DNA from: an uncultured Candidatus Binatia bacterium
GTDB lineage: Bacteria > Desulfobacterota > Binatia > Bin18
DNA length: 64,000 nt
Assembly: GCA_965214605.1 (NCBI GenBank)
Contig: OZ243961.1
Coordinates: 3,808,001 to 3,872,000, forward strand
Reading direction: 5' to 3'
Numbering within the stretch: the stretch's first letter is position 1; each line of letters starts with the position of its first letter. The notes beneath the pieces were generated by a model, which did not search any database, was not told where the DNA came from, and saw nothing but the letters and a program-made list of their open reading frames with translations. This document shows, piece after piece, positions 32,001-40,263 of this stretch. Position numbers and translations under genes: made by a program.

Positions 32001-32113
32001 GGTTGAATAACGTAGGGAATAATTCTCTCGACCGGCCCCGAAGCACAGCTGACCAGCGGTGCGGTTGAGCCGACGCCAACTAGTTTGAGAAAATTTCGGC
32101 GATCAATTCCCAT
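29093..32113 (-). CDS. actB: Alternative complex III ActB (Tat-exported molybdopterin-oxidoreductase-like domain + ferredoxin domain)
   Basis: RRNFLK Tat motif, ANKPWLQELPDPITKVVWD, CIGCGAC..AC..ENN, GREM.W.RI, CQQC..APCEPVCP, YNRCVGTRYCSNNCPYK, GVMEKCTFCVQRI. Confidence 0.92.
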   Translation of the reverse strand: MGIDRRNFLKLVGVGSTAPLVSCASGPVERIIPYVIQPEDIVPGVASYYATTCRECPAGCGMLVRTREGRAVKAEGNPSQPVNAGALCARGQAALQGLYNPDRIRQPLARDAAGTLRAISWHDAQQTLVDKLRTLRAQGQLAQTAFLASQLGDSLQHLVNQWLGRLGSQRMVIYEPFAYESLHEASEICFNHPTPSYAIDKARFLVGFGADFLETWRSPVAYAKAFGKMRSGAGRFVQVEPRLSQTGANADTWISIQAGREAFVALGMARIIVDKKLSNTLSASEVQKFSALLAPYSLQRVAELTRVPTWRIENLAHDFATRRPSLAIGSGVATSSRQATASQVAVLVLNYVAGNIGQTVQFEADHRPRQVHPYTSLQSLITAMQDGYVPLLLLAHTNPVFSTPQASGFAKALEQVPFIVSFSSFLDETTKRADLVLPDHSPLESWGDSSPRPGVHALMQPVMAPVFDTRPMGDVLLSVAAQLSQAAPTRTHAAPEPNEEVPNQAPLPWNNFFECLQDSWKTIYHRAVPETEPDFDTFWREAVQRGGYWEATRPITVELSAAVYDQTFEVPELSGPQDSSLPLMLYPSSRYFDGRGANKPWLQELPDPITKVVWDSWIDVHPQTAARLGIQDGDVLILRSDHGMLEAPAHLYPHMQSDLLAMPVGQGHTSYGRYATGRGANPIHLLPADAKDGGLAWFSTRVQVARAGRREPLVTTTGSHTQIGRGIAQSVTAAALAEQSNTGPGAPSGDGYHNGHSGYDMYPELEYEQYRWGMTVDLSACIGCGACVTACYAENNIPTVGKESVAQGREMAWLRIERYFTDTSPQHWDPDAPTVAFAPMLCQQCGNAPCEPVCPVYATYHSPEGLNAQIYNRCVGTRYCSNNCPYKVRRFNWSQAEWPEPLHLQLNPDVTVREAGVMEKCTFCVQRIQEGKDRAKDENRPVRDGEITPACAQTCPTQAIRFGNLEDPHSVVSQHHQDLRAYTILEHLNTKPAVTYLKRVVKRRGS

Positions 32114-32134
32114 ACGCGCAATCCATGTTATGGC

Positions 32135-32755
32135 TCAATAATGGCATACCAGACAGTCTTTATCCGCCTGCTGGGCCTCATGGCACGTCACACACCAGCC
32201 CATTTTCAGTGAAGACACCTGCTCGACCCGCTCCATTCGAGTCACCTGGCCGTGACAGCTGTAGCACTCAACGCCGGCTCGAATATGCCGTTTGTGGGTG
32301 AAGCGGGTAAAGAGGGGCAGCTTATGCACCCGCAACCAGGGGATGGGTTCTCGGCGTTGCCAGTAGTCCTGCACTTTGAGCAGCTCGGGCTTATCCGTGG
32401 CTCTTTTGTGACAGCCGATACATGCCTCGAGCGACGGAAGACCAGCCTGGGGAGAGATGCGGGCGGCGCTGTGGCAGTACAGGCAATCAAGTTTGTACTG
32501 GCCGGCGTGCAGGGCATGACTAAAAGCAACCGGCTGGCGAGGAGCCTTGCCCCAACCGGTCAGGCCTAGGTCAATGATGTAAAAATCCCACCAGGCTGCC
32601 TTTCCCTCATTCCACACGCCTCGGCTGACCTCCCGACTATGTAAAGCGGTGAGCACGCCGAGCCCAGCGATAATGAGGACAAGGAAGCGGAAGTATGAGC
32701 GTGATGTCGGTGTTGACTGCATGACGCTATAGCCCCGACGCTGGGCTGTCCTCAT
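32135..32755 (-). CDS. actA: Alternative complex III pentaheme cytochrome c ActA
   Basis: N-terminal TM, QPV.FSH..HAG, five CxxCH motifs (CLYCH, CIGCH, CYSCH, CVTCH, CLVCH), L.MGWC. The start may be 32722. Confidence 0.9.
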   Translation of the reverse strand: MRTAQRRGYSVMQSTPTSRSYFRFLVLIIAGLGVLTALHSREVSRGVWNEGKAAWWDFYIIDLGLTGWGKAPRQPVAFSHALHAGQYKLDCLYCHSAARISPQAGLPSLEACIGCHKRATDKPELLKVQDYWQRREPIPWLRVHKLPLFTRFTHKRHIRAGVECYSCHGQVTRMERVEQVSSLKMGWCVTCHEAQQADKDCLVCHY

Positions 32756-32922
32756 ATACAGAGGACAAGGACAACGCGCAAGGCTTAACGGCGGTGGACA
32801 CCCTGCTTATAACCACCCAAGTGTGAGGATGAGTGGATGAATTCCCCTTGACCCGTTGCGAAAAAGGCAGTACCTTTCGACCGCATTCAGCCGGACTTCT
32901 CCGTCCGGAGGAGGAAAAACGT

Positions 32923-34944
32923 ATGCAATACAGAGGTTTGCAAAAGCTGCTCCGAAGTACGCTCGCTGGAAGCGCGATATTGTTTGTTTTACCAATTGAG
33001 GCATCTGCCGTAGGCGGGAAGTCTGAGACACCTGAATCGACGCCGACAGCCGCAGCAGTCGCTCCGGCCACCCCTGTTGAGTCTCCAAATGGTGGGTCTG
33101 GTAAGAGTCCGGCGGAGACGGCGGGCACCAGGCCATCCCCGGCCGTTGAGCCTCACGACGATGGGTCTGGCGAGAGTCCGGCGGAGACGGCGGAGACTAG
33201 TCCCCCTGAATCGACGCCGACAGCTGCAGCAATCGCTCCGGCCACCCCTGTTGAGTCTCCAACGGAGACGGCGGGCACCAGGCCATCCCCGGCGCCCGTC
33301 AAAAACGGTACGTCCCAGATCGGCGACTTTAAGCCAATTACCCACGATCGTCTGCTCAAAGGCACTAAAGATCCCTCGGCATGGTTGATGTACGGTGGTA
33401 GCTATGACAGCACCCGCTTTAGCCCATTGACCGATATTAACCGTACCAATGTGAAAAAACTCCAGGCGGCCTGGATGTTTCAAACTGGGGTCCCGGCTCA
33501 GTTCCAAGCCTCACCGGTTGTGGCTGACGGCATTATGTATATGACGGCCGCCTTTAACCATGTGTATGCGCTTCATGCCGAAACGGGCGAGATGCTGTGG
33601 CGCTATGATCACCCGCTGCCCAGTGATATGCGGGTGTGCTGCGGCCCAAGCAACCGGGGGGTGGCGATTAGCGGCGATAAGGTCTTTATGGCCACCCTGG
33701 ACGCCCGCCTGATTGCCCTCCAGGCCCAAACCGGCGCTCTAGTCTGGCAGGTCGAGATGGACGATTATCGTAAAGGCTATAGCGCAACAGCCGCGCCCCT
33801 TATCGTTAAGGACAAAGTCATCGTTGGGATCGCCGGTGGTGAGTATGGAATTCGGGGCTATGTCGACGCCTATGATATAGAGACCGGAGAGCGCAAGTGG
33901 CGCCGTTACACCACCCCGGGTGAGGGTGAACCTGGGTCTGAAACCTGGGCTGGCGATTCGTGGAAGATTGGCGGCGGGCCGACCTGGATTACCGGCTCCT
34001 ACGATCCTGAGCAGGACGTGATTTTTTGGGCGACCGGCAACCCGTCTCCTGACTGGAACGGCGACGTCCGTGAGGGAGATAATCTGTATACCGACTCGGT
34101 GTTAGCCTTGGAGCCGGCAACTGGCGCGATTAAGTGGTATTTTCAGTTTACGCCGCACGATATCTGGGACTACGACGGCAATACCGATCTGTTTCTGATT
34201 GATGTTGAACGGGGCGGGAAGACCATCAAAGCTTTGGCTCAACCTAATCGCAACGGCTATCTGTATGTACTCGACCGCACCTCGGGCGAGTTTCTGCATG
34301 GCTCGCAGTATGTGGAAAAGCTCAACTGGGCCAAAGGGCTCGACGAACAGGGCCGCCCTATTGTGGACCCTGAATATGTGCCGACCAAGGAGGCCGGAAA
34401 GTTTATCTGCCCCGGCTCGGTTGGCGGAAAAAACGGCTCGTGGACCGCTGCCTATAGTCCGGTCACCAAGTATATGTATCTGCCGGTGGTCGAGAGTTGC
34501 TGGCAGATGACCAAAGGGGCAGCAACTTTTATTCAGGGGATCCCTTTCTGGGGGGGAGGACCCGGCAAGACGCAGGCTGACGACCAGTCGTCCTACGGTC
34601 ATCTGTCCGCGATTGACGTGTCGAGCGGAGCGGTGAAGTGGCGTTACAAAGACGACTATCCCTTGGTCGGCGGCACTATGGCCACGGCGGGAGGCTTGGT
34701 GTTTAGTGGCGATCAAAAGGGCTATGCGCTGGCGTTTGACGACACAACAGGAGAACTACTGTGGAAGTTCCAGACCGGCTCGACCGTACGTGGCCAGCCG
34801 GCGACCTACAAGGTCAACGGCCGTCAATACGTGGCGATTCCGAGTGGTGGTGGAGGCTTGGCTGTGTCTCTGGTCGGCGAAAACCCGCTCGCGTCCAAAG
34901 GTAGTGCTCTGTTTGTGTTTGCCCTACCCGAAGGTGAAGAATGA
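32923..34944 (+). CDS. PQQ-dependent dehydrogenase, methanol/ethanol family (paralog 2), with Pro/Ala/Thr/Ser-rich repeated N-terminal linker
   Basis: GGAGGAGG RBS. VCCGPSNRG, GGEYG.RG, GNP.PDWNG, HDIWDYDG, NRNG. Divergent from actA. Confidence 0.92.
   Translation: MQYRGLQKLLRSTLAGSAILFVLPIEASAVGGKSETPESTPTAAAVAPATPVESPNGGSGKSPAETAGTRPSPAVEPHDDGSGESPAETAETSPPESTPTAAAIAPATPVESPTETAGTRPSPAPVKNGTSQIGDFKPITHDRLLKGTKDPSAWLMYGGSYDSTRFSPLTDINRTNVKKLQAAWMFQTGVPAQFQASPVVADGIMYMTAAFNHVYALHAETGEMLWRYDHPLPSDMRVCCGPSNRGVAISGDKVFMATLDARLIALQAQTGALVWQVEMDDYRKGYSATAAPLIVKDKVIVGIAGGEYGIRGYVDAYDIETGERKWRRYTTPGEGEPGSETWAGDSWKIGGGPTWITGSYDPEQDVIFWATGNPSPDWNGDVREGDNLYTDSVLALEPATGAIKWYFQFTPHDIWDYDGNTDLFLIDVERGGKTIKALAQPNRNGYLYVLDRTSGEFLHGSQYVEKLNWAKGLDEQGRPIVDPEYVPTKEAGKFICPGSVGGKNGSWTAAYSPVTKYMYLPVVESCWQMTKGAATFIQGIPFWGGGPGKTQADDQSSYGHLSAIDVSSGAVKWRYKDDYPLVGGTMATAGGLVFSGDQKGYALAFDDTTGELLWKFQTGSTVRGQPATYKVNGRQYVAIPSGGGGLAVSLVGENPLASKGSALFVFALPEGEE
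33031..33295 (+). repeat. Intragenic direct repeats in the dehydrogenase linker
   Basis: 58 bp unit cctgaatcgacgccgacagc...gagtctccaa at 33031-33088 and 33205-33262, plus repeated cggagacggcgggcaccaggccatccccggc and gggtctgg..agagtccggcggagacggcgg. Confidence 0.9.
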
Positions 34945-35840
34945 TGATCGCTGATAGAAAATGGCTGCGGAGCGCGTTTGGACGAATCCCCCGCTCGCCT
35001 CTAGTGAGGCTTTTCAGCGCTGGCTGGATTGCAATCCTGAGTGTTTGTGCGGTGTTTGGCCAAGACGGCGCGGTTTTCCGGGCGTGTTTACTGGCCAACA
35101 ATCCGCCTTATTCGTGGCAGGCCGACGAGAGCGGATTTGACTTTGAGACCGCCCAGGCGGTTGCCAAGTCAATGGGGCGCAGGTTTGAGCCAGTATGGGT
35201 CACCCACGATACCCAAATCACAGAGATTGACGAGACCGATCTGCCCTTCTTTCGGCTGTCACGCGGTCAGTGTGACGCGATTTTCAGCGTGCCGGGCCAA
35301 GAGGCGCTCAGCGAAGCTCCAGCGCTGGCGGTTGGCGCGCCCTACTACGGGGCTGGCTTTGAGCTAGTTGGGTCGACTGACACCCCCCCCCGCAGTCTGG
35401 ACGAGATCGGAGACGGGCCGGTTGCGGTTCGAGCTCAAACCATTGCCAATTTCATGCTGAGCGCCCGAAGAATTCGGACGTTTACCACTTTTTCTCTCGA
35501 AGAGGCGTTGGACGCGATCAGCAGTGGCAAAGCGGCCGCCGCCCTGCTGTGGGGGCCAAAAGCGGGATGGCATTTGCGTACCCATCCTGAGTTGTCATTA
35601 GAACTTGTCGATACGCTTAAACCGCCCAGCGTAGTGCGCTGGAACGAATCGGTCGCCACCCGTAAAGATGATGCCGAGCTGCGCCAAGCCATTGACGCCG
35701 CACTCAGCGGACTGACTGAAACCGGCACCCTCATCCGTTTGCTTGAAAAATATGGTATTCCCGTTCACCGTCCTTTTACTACCACGTACAGCTTTGCCGA
35801 GATGCAGCAGCTGATGTTCCACTCACTGAGCAATAGATAA
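34941..35840 (+). CDS. XoxJ/MoxJ-like periplasmic substrate-binding-fold protein
   Basis: RACL..NNPPYS...GFD.E.A..VA, PYY, A.LWGP.AG, R.AID.AL...LLEKYGIP. Coupled to the dehydrogenase. Confidence 0.75.
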   Translation: MMIADRKWLRSAFGRIPRSPLVRLFSAGWIAILSVCAVFGQDGAVFRACLLANNPPYSWQADESGFDFETAQAVAKSMGRRFEPVWVTHDTQITEIDETDLPFFRLSRGQCDAIFSVPGQEALSEAPALAVGAPYYGAGFELVGSTDTPPRSLDEIGDGPVAVRAQTIANFMLSARRIRTFTTFSLEEALDAISSGKAAAALLWGPKAGWHLRTHPELSLELVDTLKPPSVVRWNESVATRKDDAELRQAIDAALSGLTETGTLIRLLEKYGIPVHRPFTTTYSFAEMQQLMFHSLSNR

Positions 35841-35854
35841 CTTTAGGGATACGT

Positions 35855-36268
35855 ATGAGTCGTCTGGTGACCGGTTTCTCCTTTTTTGTCTTCAGTCTTT
35901 TAGGTATCGCAGGGCAAGCCGTGGGCCAGGATACCAATCCATTTGCCGGTGATGCGGCTGCCATTGCCGAGGGCGAGCTGCTGTTTCAGGCCGTGTGCAC
36001 CGGCTACTGCCATGTTGCCCCGGACACCCAGCGCGACGCCAAATGTCCAGACCTGTTTGACTGTGAGTGGAAGAATGGTGGCAGCGACAAGGAAATGTTT
36101 CAAATCCTGCTCGACGGCGTGCCCAACACCGAAATGGTGCCCTTCAGAGGCCAGCTGCCCGACGACATGCTATGGCAAATTTTGGCCTACGTGAAATCTG
36201 CCTCGCGGTGTCAGGAGGGCAGGGCAGCCACAGGCCCAAAATTCGCCGCTCTGGCAGCGCATGACTAA
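35855..36268 (+). CDS. c-type cytochrome (XoxG/cytochrome c550-like) with atypical CxxxCH motif
   Basis: Signal peptide, NPF.GD..AI.EG..LF..VCTGYCH, P.L.D..W..GGSD..MF.....G....M.PF...L....WQI.AYV.S. Confidence 0.8.
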   Translation: MSRLVTGFSFFVFSLLGIAGQAVGQDTNPFAGDAAAIAEGELLFQAVCTGYCHVAPDTQRDAKCPDLFDCEWKNGGSDKEMFQILLDGVPNTEMVPFRGQLPDDMLWQILAYVKSASRCQEGRAATGPKFAALAAHD

Positions 36269-36291
36269 GAAGACGACAGTAGGGGAGAGTA

Positions 36292-37266
36292 ATGATGCGA
36301 CTAACGAGACGGACACCTTTCTCACTTGTATCCTTTGCCCTTGGCCTTTTGACGATCGCCTTTTCTTCTTCGGCCATTGCCCAGCCCTTTGCCTATGTGA
36401 GTCACGAAAAGTCGAACGACGTCTGGGTCATCAATACCCAGACTGACGAGGTAGTGGCCAAAGTCGCGGTTGGCGAGCGGCCGCGTGGGCTCGTCGTGTC
36501 GGCGGACGGGAAACGGGTGTATGCTGCCAATGGTAATTCCAACGATATTTCGGTCATTGACGCCGAAACGAACACCGTTGTGGAAACCTTTGGGGTCGGT
36601 ATTGACCCAGAAGGCATTGATCTCAGCAACGATGAAAGCCTGCTCTTTGTGGTCAATGAGAACGAGGGCGTGATGCGCGTCGTCGAGCTGGCGACCAAGA
36701 ACGTACTCGCCACCGTTCAAGCTGGCATAGAGCCGGAAACGGTAGTGGTATCGCCGGACGGCCAGCGGGCCTTTGTGCCAAATGAAACATCCCATGATGT
36801 GACCGTCATTGATACCCAGACCCACAAGGTTCTGACCTCAATCAAGGTCGGTGAGAACCCGCGCGGAGTCGCGTTTCTGCCCGACGGCAAAACCGCCTAT
36901 GTGAGCAGTGAGCGCAGCAACACCGTCTCAGTCATTGATGTGGAAAAGCTGGCCGTGACCGACACGATCGCCATGGGCGAACGACCAGTCGGTATCTCAG
37001 TGCTCCCAGACGGCTCAAAAGTCTATGTGGTGCACGGCCGTGCCAACGACGTGCGGGTGATAGATCCAAAGACCAACCGGGTGATTAAGACCGTTCCCTT
37101 AGGTGGCACCCGCTGCTGGTGGTCAGCGCTGACCCCGGACGGTAAGAAGCTCTACGCTACAATGGGTCGATCTGACGGCCTGGCCGTAATCGATACGACG
37201 ACCGATACCCTGATCAAGACGATTGCGGTCGGCAATACTCCCTGGGGGGTGGCGGTCACGCCTTAA
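36292..37266 (+). CDS. YVTN/YncE-type beta-propeller (PQQ-catabolism-associated)
   Basis: Seven repeats of VG..P.G...SPDG..YV.N..SN..SVID after a signal peptide. Confidence 0.88.
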   Translation: MMRLTRRTPFSLVSFALGLLTIAFSSSAIAQPFAYVSHEKSNDVWVINTQTDEVVAKVAVGERPRGLVVSADGKRVYAANGNSNDISVIDAETNTVVETFGVGIDPEGIDLSNDESLLFVVNENEGVMRVVELATKNVLATVQAGIEPETVVVSPDGQRAFVPNETSHDVTVIDTQTHKVLTSIKVGENPRGVAFLPDGKTAYVSSERSNTVSVIDVEKLAVTDTIAMGERPVGISVLPDGSKVYVVHGRANDVRVIDPKTNRVIKTVPLGGTRCWWSALTPDGKKLYATMGRSDGLAVIDTTTDTLIKTIAVGNTPWGVAVTP

Positions 37267-38070
37267 TCAGAAGCGCCAGACCAGGAGGAACTGAGGAACC
37301 TTCTCGTCGTTTTCCGTGCCCAGCTTGTTCATCCAGTACTGGTACTCCAGGCCGATAAAGATCCGGTTGGCCACTCCCAGCAGCGCCTCGCCCAGATCCA
37401 GCCGGAGCTGGGGCTGAGCCAGAATCCAGCTTTTGACCCGGTTGCCGAACTCGTTGGTCCGACCGTCTATATATTCGGCGTGGCCCTCAATCGAGAAAGA
37501 CAGACCGCCCATACTGAAGGGGTAGGCCCAGTTGATATCGAATATGAAGCTGTCGCTCTCTTTGGGAGCACCACCCTTGGAGACGCCCCGGCTATCGTCA
37601 ATATAGGCGGTCAGGTCGGTATTCAGAAACGCAAAACCCGCCAGCTCCCAGGAGGCGCGCATACCGGGCAGATATTTGAAGACCTTGGCGTCTACTCCGA
37701 CGTTGAGGCCGAAGATCAACGAGATGTCTTTAAGCGGGCCGATGCTGCTCTTCTTCCGTGTCAGCTTGCCCAAGCTCAGACTGGGATACAACTCGAAGTA
37801 CAAGTCGGTATCGTTGAAGTCGTCATTCTTATTGTCATTGATGAAATCGGCAAAGAAGAAATTCTCACCATATTTCCAACCTAGAGCGTTTTGCAAGGTG
37901 AGAATGAAAGTATCCTTGTTGACGTCCGAGAACGGATTTTCGAGATGCCCATACTGAAAGTGCAGCTCGGTCGTACTCCAGTCCACAATGGCGGCTCGGG
38001 CCGGCGAAGTGGTCAGCAAGAGTGCTAGGAGCGCCGCAGCACAGAGAAAGAGTCGGGGAGGATGGGGCAT
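37267..38070 (-). CDS. Tsx-like nucleoside-specific outer membrane channel (DUF5020-like)
   Basis: Signal peptide, T.Q.A.GWKYG.NFFF.D, QPQLRLDLG, G.EYQYW.NK.G, C-terminal F. Confidence 0.75.
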   Translation of the reverse strand: MPHPPRLFLCAAALLALLLTTSPARAAIVDWSTTELHFQYGHLENPFSDVNKDTFILTLQNALGWKYGENFFFADFINDNKNDDFNDTDLYFELYPSLSLGKLTRKKSSIGPLKDISLIFGLNVGVDAKVFKYLPGMRASWELAGFAFLNTDLTAYIDDSRGVSKGGAPKESDSFIFDINWAYPFSMGGLSFSIEGHAEYIDGRTNEFGNRVKSWILAQPQLRLDLGEALLGVANRIFIGLEYQYWMNKLGTENDEKVPQFLLVWRF

Positions 38071-38123
38071 TCGGAGTCTCCTCCGTTCAGGGCTGTAGGA
38101 GAAGCATGAGGATGCAGGGGGTT

Positions 38124-38290
38124 AGGAGGTCGTGAAGGTAAGGCAGGAGCTGAGACTCAGACCGGGGGCTGAGACAACGGAGGTGTTGGCGTACAGCCCC
38201 ATTCCCAGGGTGCTGAGTGCTGATGGTCGAGACAAGGACCGCGGCCGTCAGGAGGGCCGAAAAAAGCTCTGCTTGCCCCCAGGATGGAGG
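38124..38290 (-). pseudogene. Remnant of an NCS2/AzgA-type purine permease
   Basis: LFSALLTAAVLVSTIS / TLGMGLYANTSVVSAPGLSLSSCLTFT* (cf. TL.MGLYAN.P..LAPGMGLNAFF.F). Confidence 0.5.
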
Positions 38291-38439
38291 CAACCTGATT
38301 CTCGGGATGCGAGAGGCGACTTAGCCTAGGAATAAGGTGAGGCGCCCTTAGCTGCGTACCTCCCATGCATTTATACAAACGCCTTCGCGTTCAGGAATTC
38401 AAGCCCGAGAGCTATGCAGAACAATTTTACAACGCCGGC

Positions 38440-38769
38440 TTAGCCTTCGTCTTCAATAGCCGCCCGCACGATTGGCCCAAGCTCGCCGCTTTGGTGCATC
38501 TCTTGGATAATATCGCACCCGCCAATGAACTCGCCTTTGACGTACACCTGCGGAATCGTCGGCCAGTTCGAATAGCGTTTGATGCCCTCCCGAACGGCTG
38601 GATTCTGGAGGACATCAACCGTTTCATAGGGGACGCCGAGCGAATCAAAGATTTGAATCGTGGCGGCCGAGAAGCCACACATGGGGAACTGCGGGTTGCC
38701 TTTCATGAATATGAGGATTGGGGTATCTTTGACATGCTGACCGATTTGGCTGAGAATATCGTCTGCCAT
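38440..38769 (-). CDS. grxD: Monothiol glutaredoxin (Grx4)
   Basis: [30 protein letters not shown]. Confidence 0.95.
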   Translation of the reverse strand: MADDILSQIGQHVKDTPILIFMKGNPQFPMCGFSAATIQIFDSLGVPYETVDVLQNPAVREGIKRYSNWPTIPQVYVKGEFIGGCDIIQEMHQSGELGPIVRAAIEDEG

Positions 38770-38829
38770 ACACAGTACTCCTTCAGTATGGTGGGTGGAT
38801 GAAAAGAGTCTCAATTGAGACTCGCCAAA

Positions 38830-39123
38830 TTACGGGGTTTTAGCCGGCTGTATGGTCAGGACGCTGGCCGCTTCGGCCTGCGCCTCTTCCGGGGTGAGGG
38901 TGCTGAGCTTCAAGGCATGAATGCGTTCCACCATGGCGTCTTGCAGTGCCCCATACACCATCCGGTGACGGGTAACTTTCATTTTGCCGCTAAACGACGC
39001 AGAGATGACGAGCGCTTCGTAGTGATCCCCCCCACCGGTGAGATCCTGGATTTTGACCTTGGCATCAGGAATCCCTTGGATAATGAGTTGGCTGATTTCC
39101 TCAGCCGTTATCGGTTCAGGCAT
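38830..39123 (-). CDS. bolA: BolA/IbaG family protein
   Basis: DL.GGGDHY...VIS..F.GK..V.RHRMVY.AL...IHAL.L. Confidence 0.92.
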   Translation of the reverse strand: MPEPITAEEISQLIIQGIPDAKVKIQDLTGGGDHYEALVISASFSGKMKVTRHRMVYGALQDAMVERIHALKLSTLTPEEAQAEAASVLTIQPAKTP

Positions 39124-39316
39124 ACAATAATCACCTCATCTGGACAACCCGTCTTAGATCTTATCAGTTCATCTATGGTGCGCCATAATAGCCATCAAGC
39201 TGCTACAAACCGGCTTTTTCAAGAGCTGGACAAGATCTCAAGAAGGCCCATCTGCTCTTAGCCTTAAGCCAAGTGCTGCGACGACAAGCCGAACTCCAAG
39301 CAGGGACAAGGCAGAA

Positions 39317-39433
39317 TTATTTCTTCTGCATTGCTTCCCCACAGCACTTCACGGTGCCGTCTCCACCTTTGGTGACAATGATCTGGCCGCCACACTTTCC
39401 ACACAGGTACATTTTTCCGAGTTGGTTGGCCAT
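39317..39433 (-). CDS. 38 aa desulforedoxin-like CxxC...CC metal-binding protein (not in ORF track)
   Basis: AGGAGG RBS. MANQLGKMYLCGKCGGQIIVTKGGDGTVKCCGEAMQKK*. Confidence 0.85.
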   Translation of the reverse strand: MANQLGKMYLCGKCGGQIIVTKGGDGTVKCCGEAMQKK

Positions 39434-39481
39434 GAACTATCCTCCTGTTCAAAATATATGCCGCCTTATTGTGCGGGGTTT

Positions 39482-40246
39482 TTAGTTTCCCGTAAAGACC
39501 GGCTTGCGTTTTGCCAAGAAGGCGGAGACGCCCTCGGCTCTGTCTTGGGTCGTTTGGAGTAAGACGTACAGGTCTTCCTCAAGGCGGGTGCCCTGATCCA
39601 AGCTCAGATCCATGGCCTTGAGCACGGCCTCTTTGCCAAGGCGCAGGGCAAGGGGGCCTTTCTCCAGCAGACCGCTGAGGACCTCATCAACCCGGGTGGC
39701 AAAACGGTCTGGCTCGATCGTCTCTGTCACAAGACCAATCTGTTGCGCCTGGCTCGCATCAATACGCTTGGCGGTCAGAATCAGCTCTAGCGCCTTGGCC
39801 TGGCCGATAATGCGAGGCAGGCGTTGGGTGCCGCCGCAAAACGGGATCAGGCCCTCGGTCAGCTGTGGGAGAGCGAGCTGCGCGCCGGCTTTTGCCAGAC
39901 GCAGGTCACAGGCCAACGCTAGTTCTAGGCCGACCCCTATGGCGTCACCGTTTAGTACGGCGATGGCCGGCTTGGTGAGGGCTCCCACCTGCTCGACACA
40001 CGCCAGCGAACCAAACTGCTGACGAATGCTATGGGCGGTCGTTTCGGGCGGATACTCAAGACCGGTGCAGAACGCCTCGCCTTGACCGGTCAGCAGCAGG
40101 ATTTCGACCTCGTCGTCGTTTTCAACCGCTTCGCACGCCGCGGCTAGATCCTGGGCCATAGCCGGAGTGAGTCGGTTGCCGTTGTCAGGTCGATTCAAAC
40201 CCAACCAGGCAAAACGCCCGTGGGTGGTGTAGGTGAGGTCTGACAT
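39482..40246 (-). CDS. Enoyl-CoA hydratase/isomerase (crotonase) family protein
   Basis: LNRP..GN, AFCTG, KP.IA..NG.A.G.GLELALACD.R, GGTQRLPR..G, EG..AFL.KR.P.F.G. Confidence 0.9.
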   Translation of the reverse strand: MSDLTYTTHGRFAWLGLNRPDNGNRLTPAMAQDLAAACEAVENDDEVEILLLTGQGEAFCTGLEYPPETTAHSIRQQFGSLACVEQVGALTKPAIAVLNGDAIGVGLELALACDLRLAKAGAQLALPQLTEGLIPFCGGTQRLPRIIGQAKALELILTAKRIDASQAQQIGLVTETIEPDRFATRVDEVLSGLLEKGPLALRLGKEAVLKAMDLSLDQGTRLEEDLYVLLQTTQDRAEGVSAFLAKRKPVFTGN

Positions 40247-40263
40247 AGCCGGCCAGAAAAATC

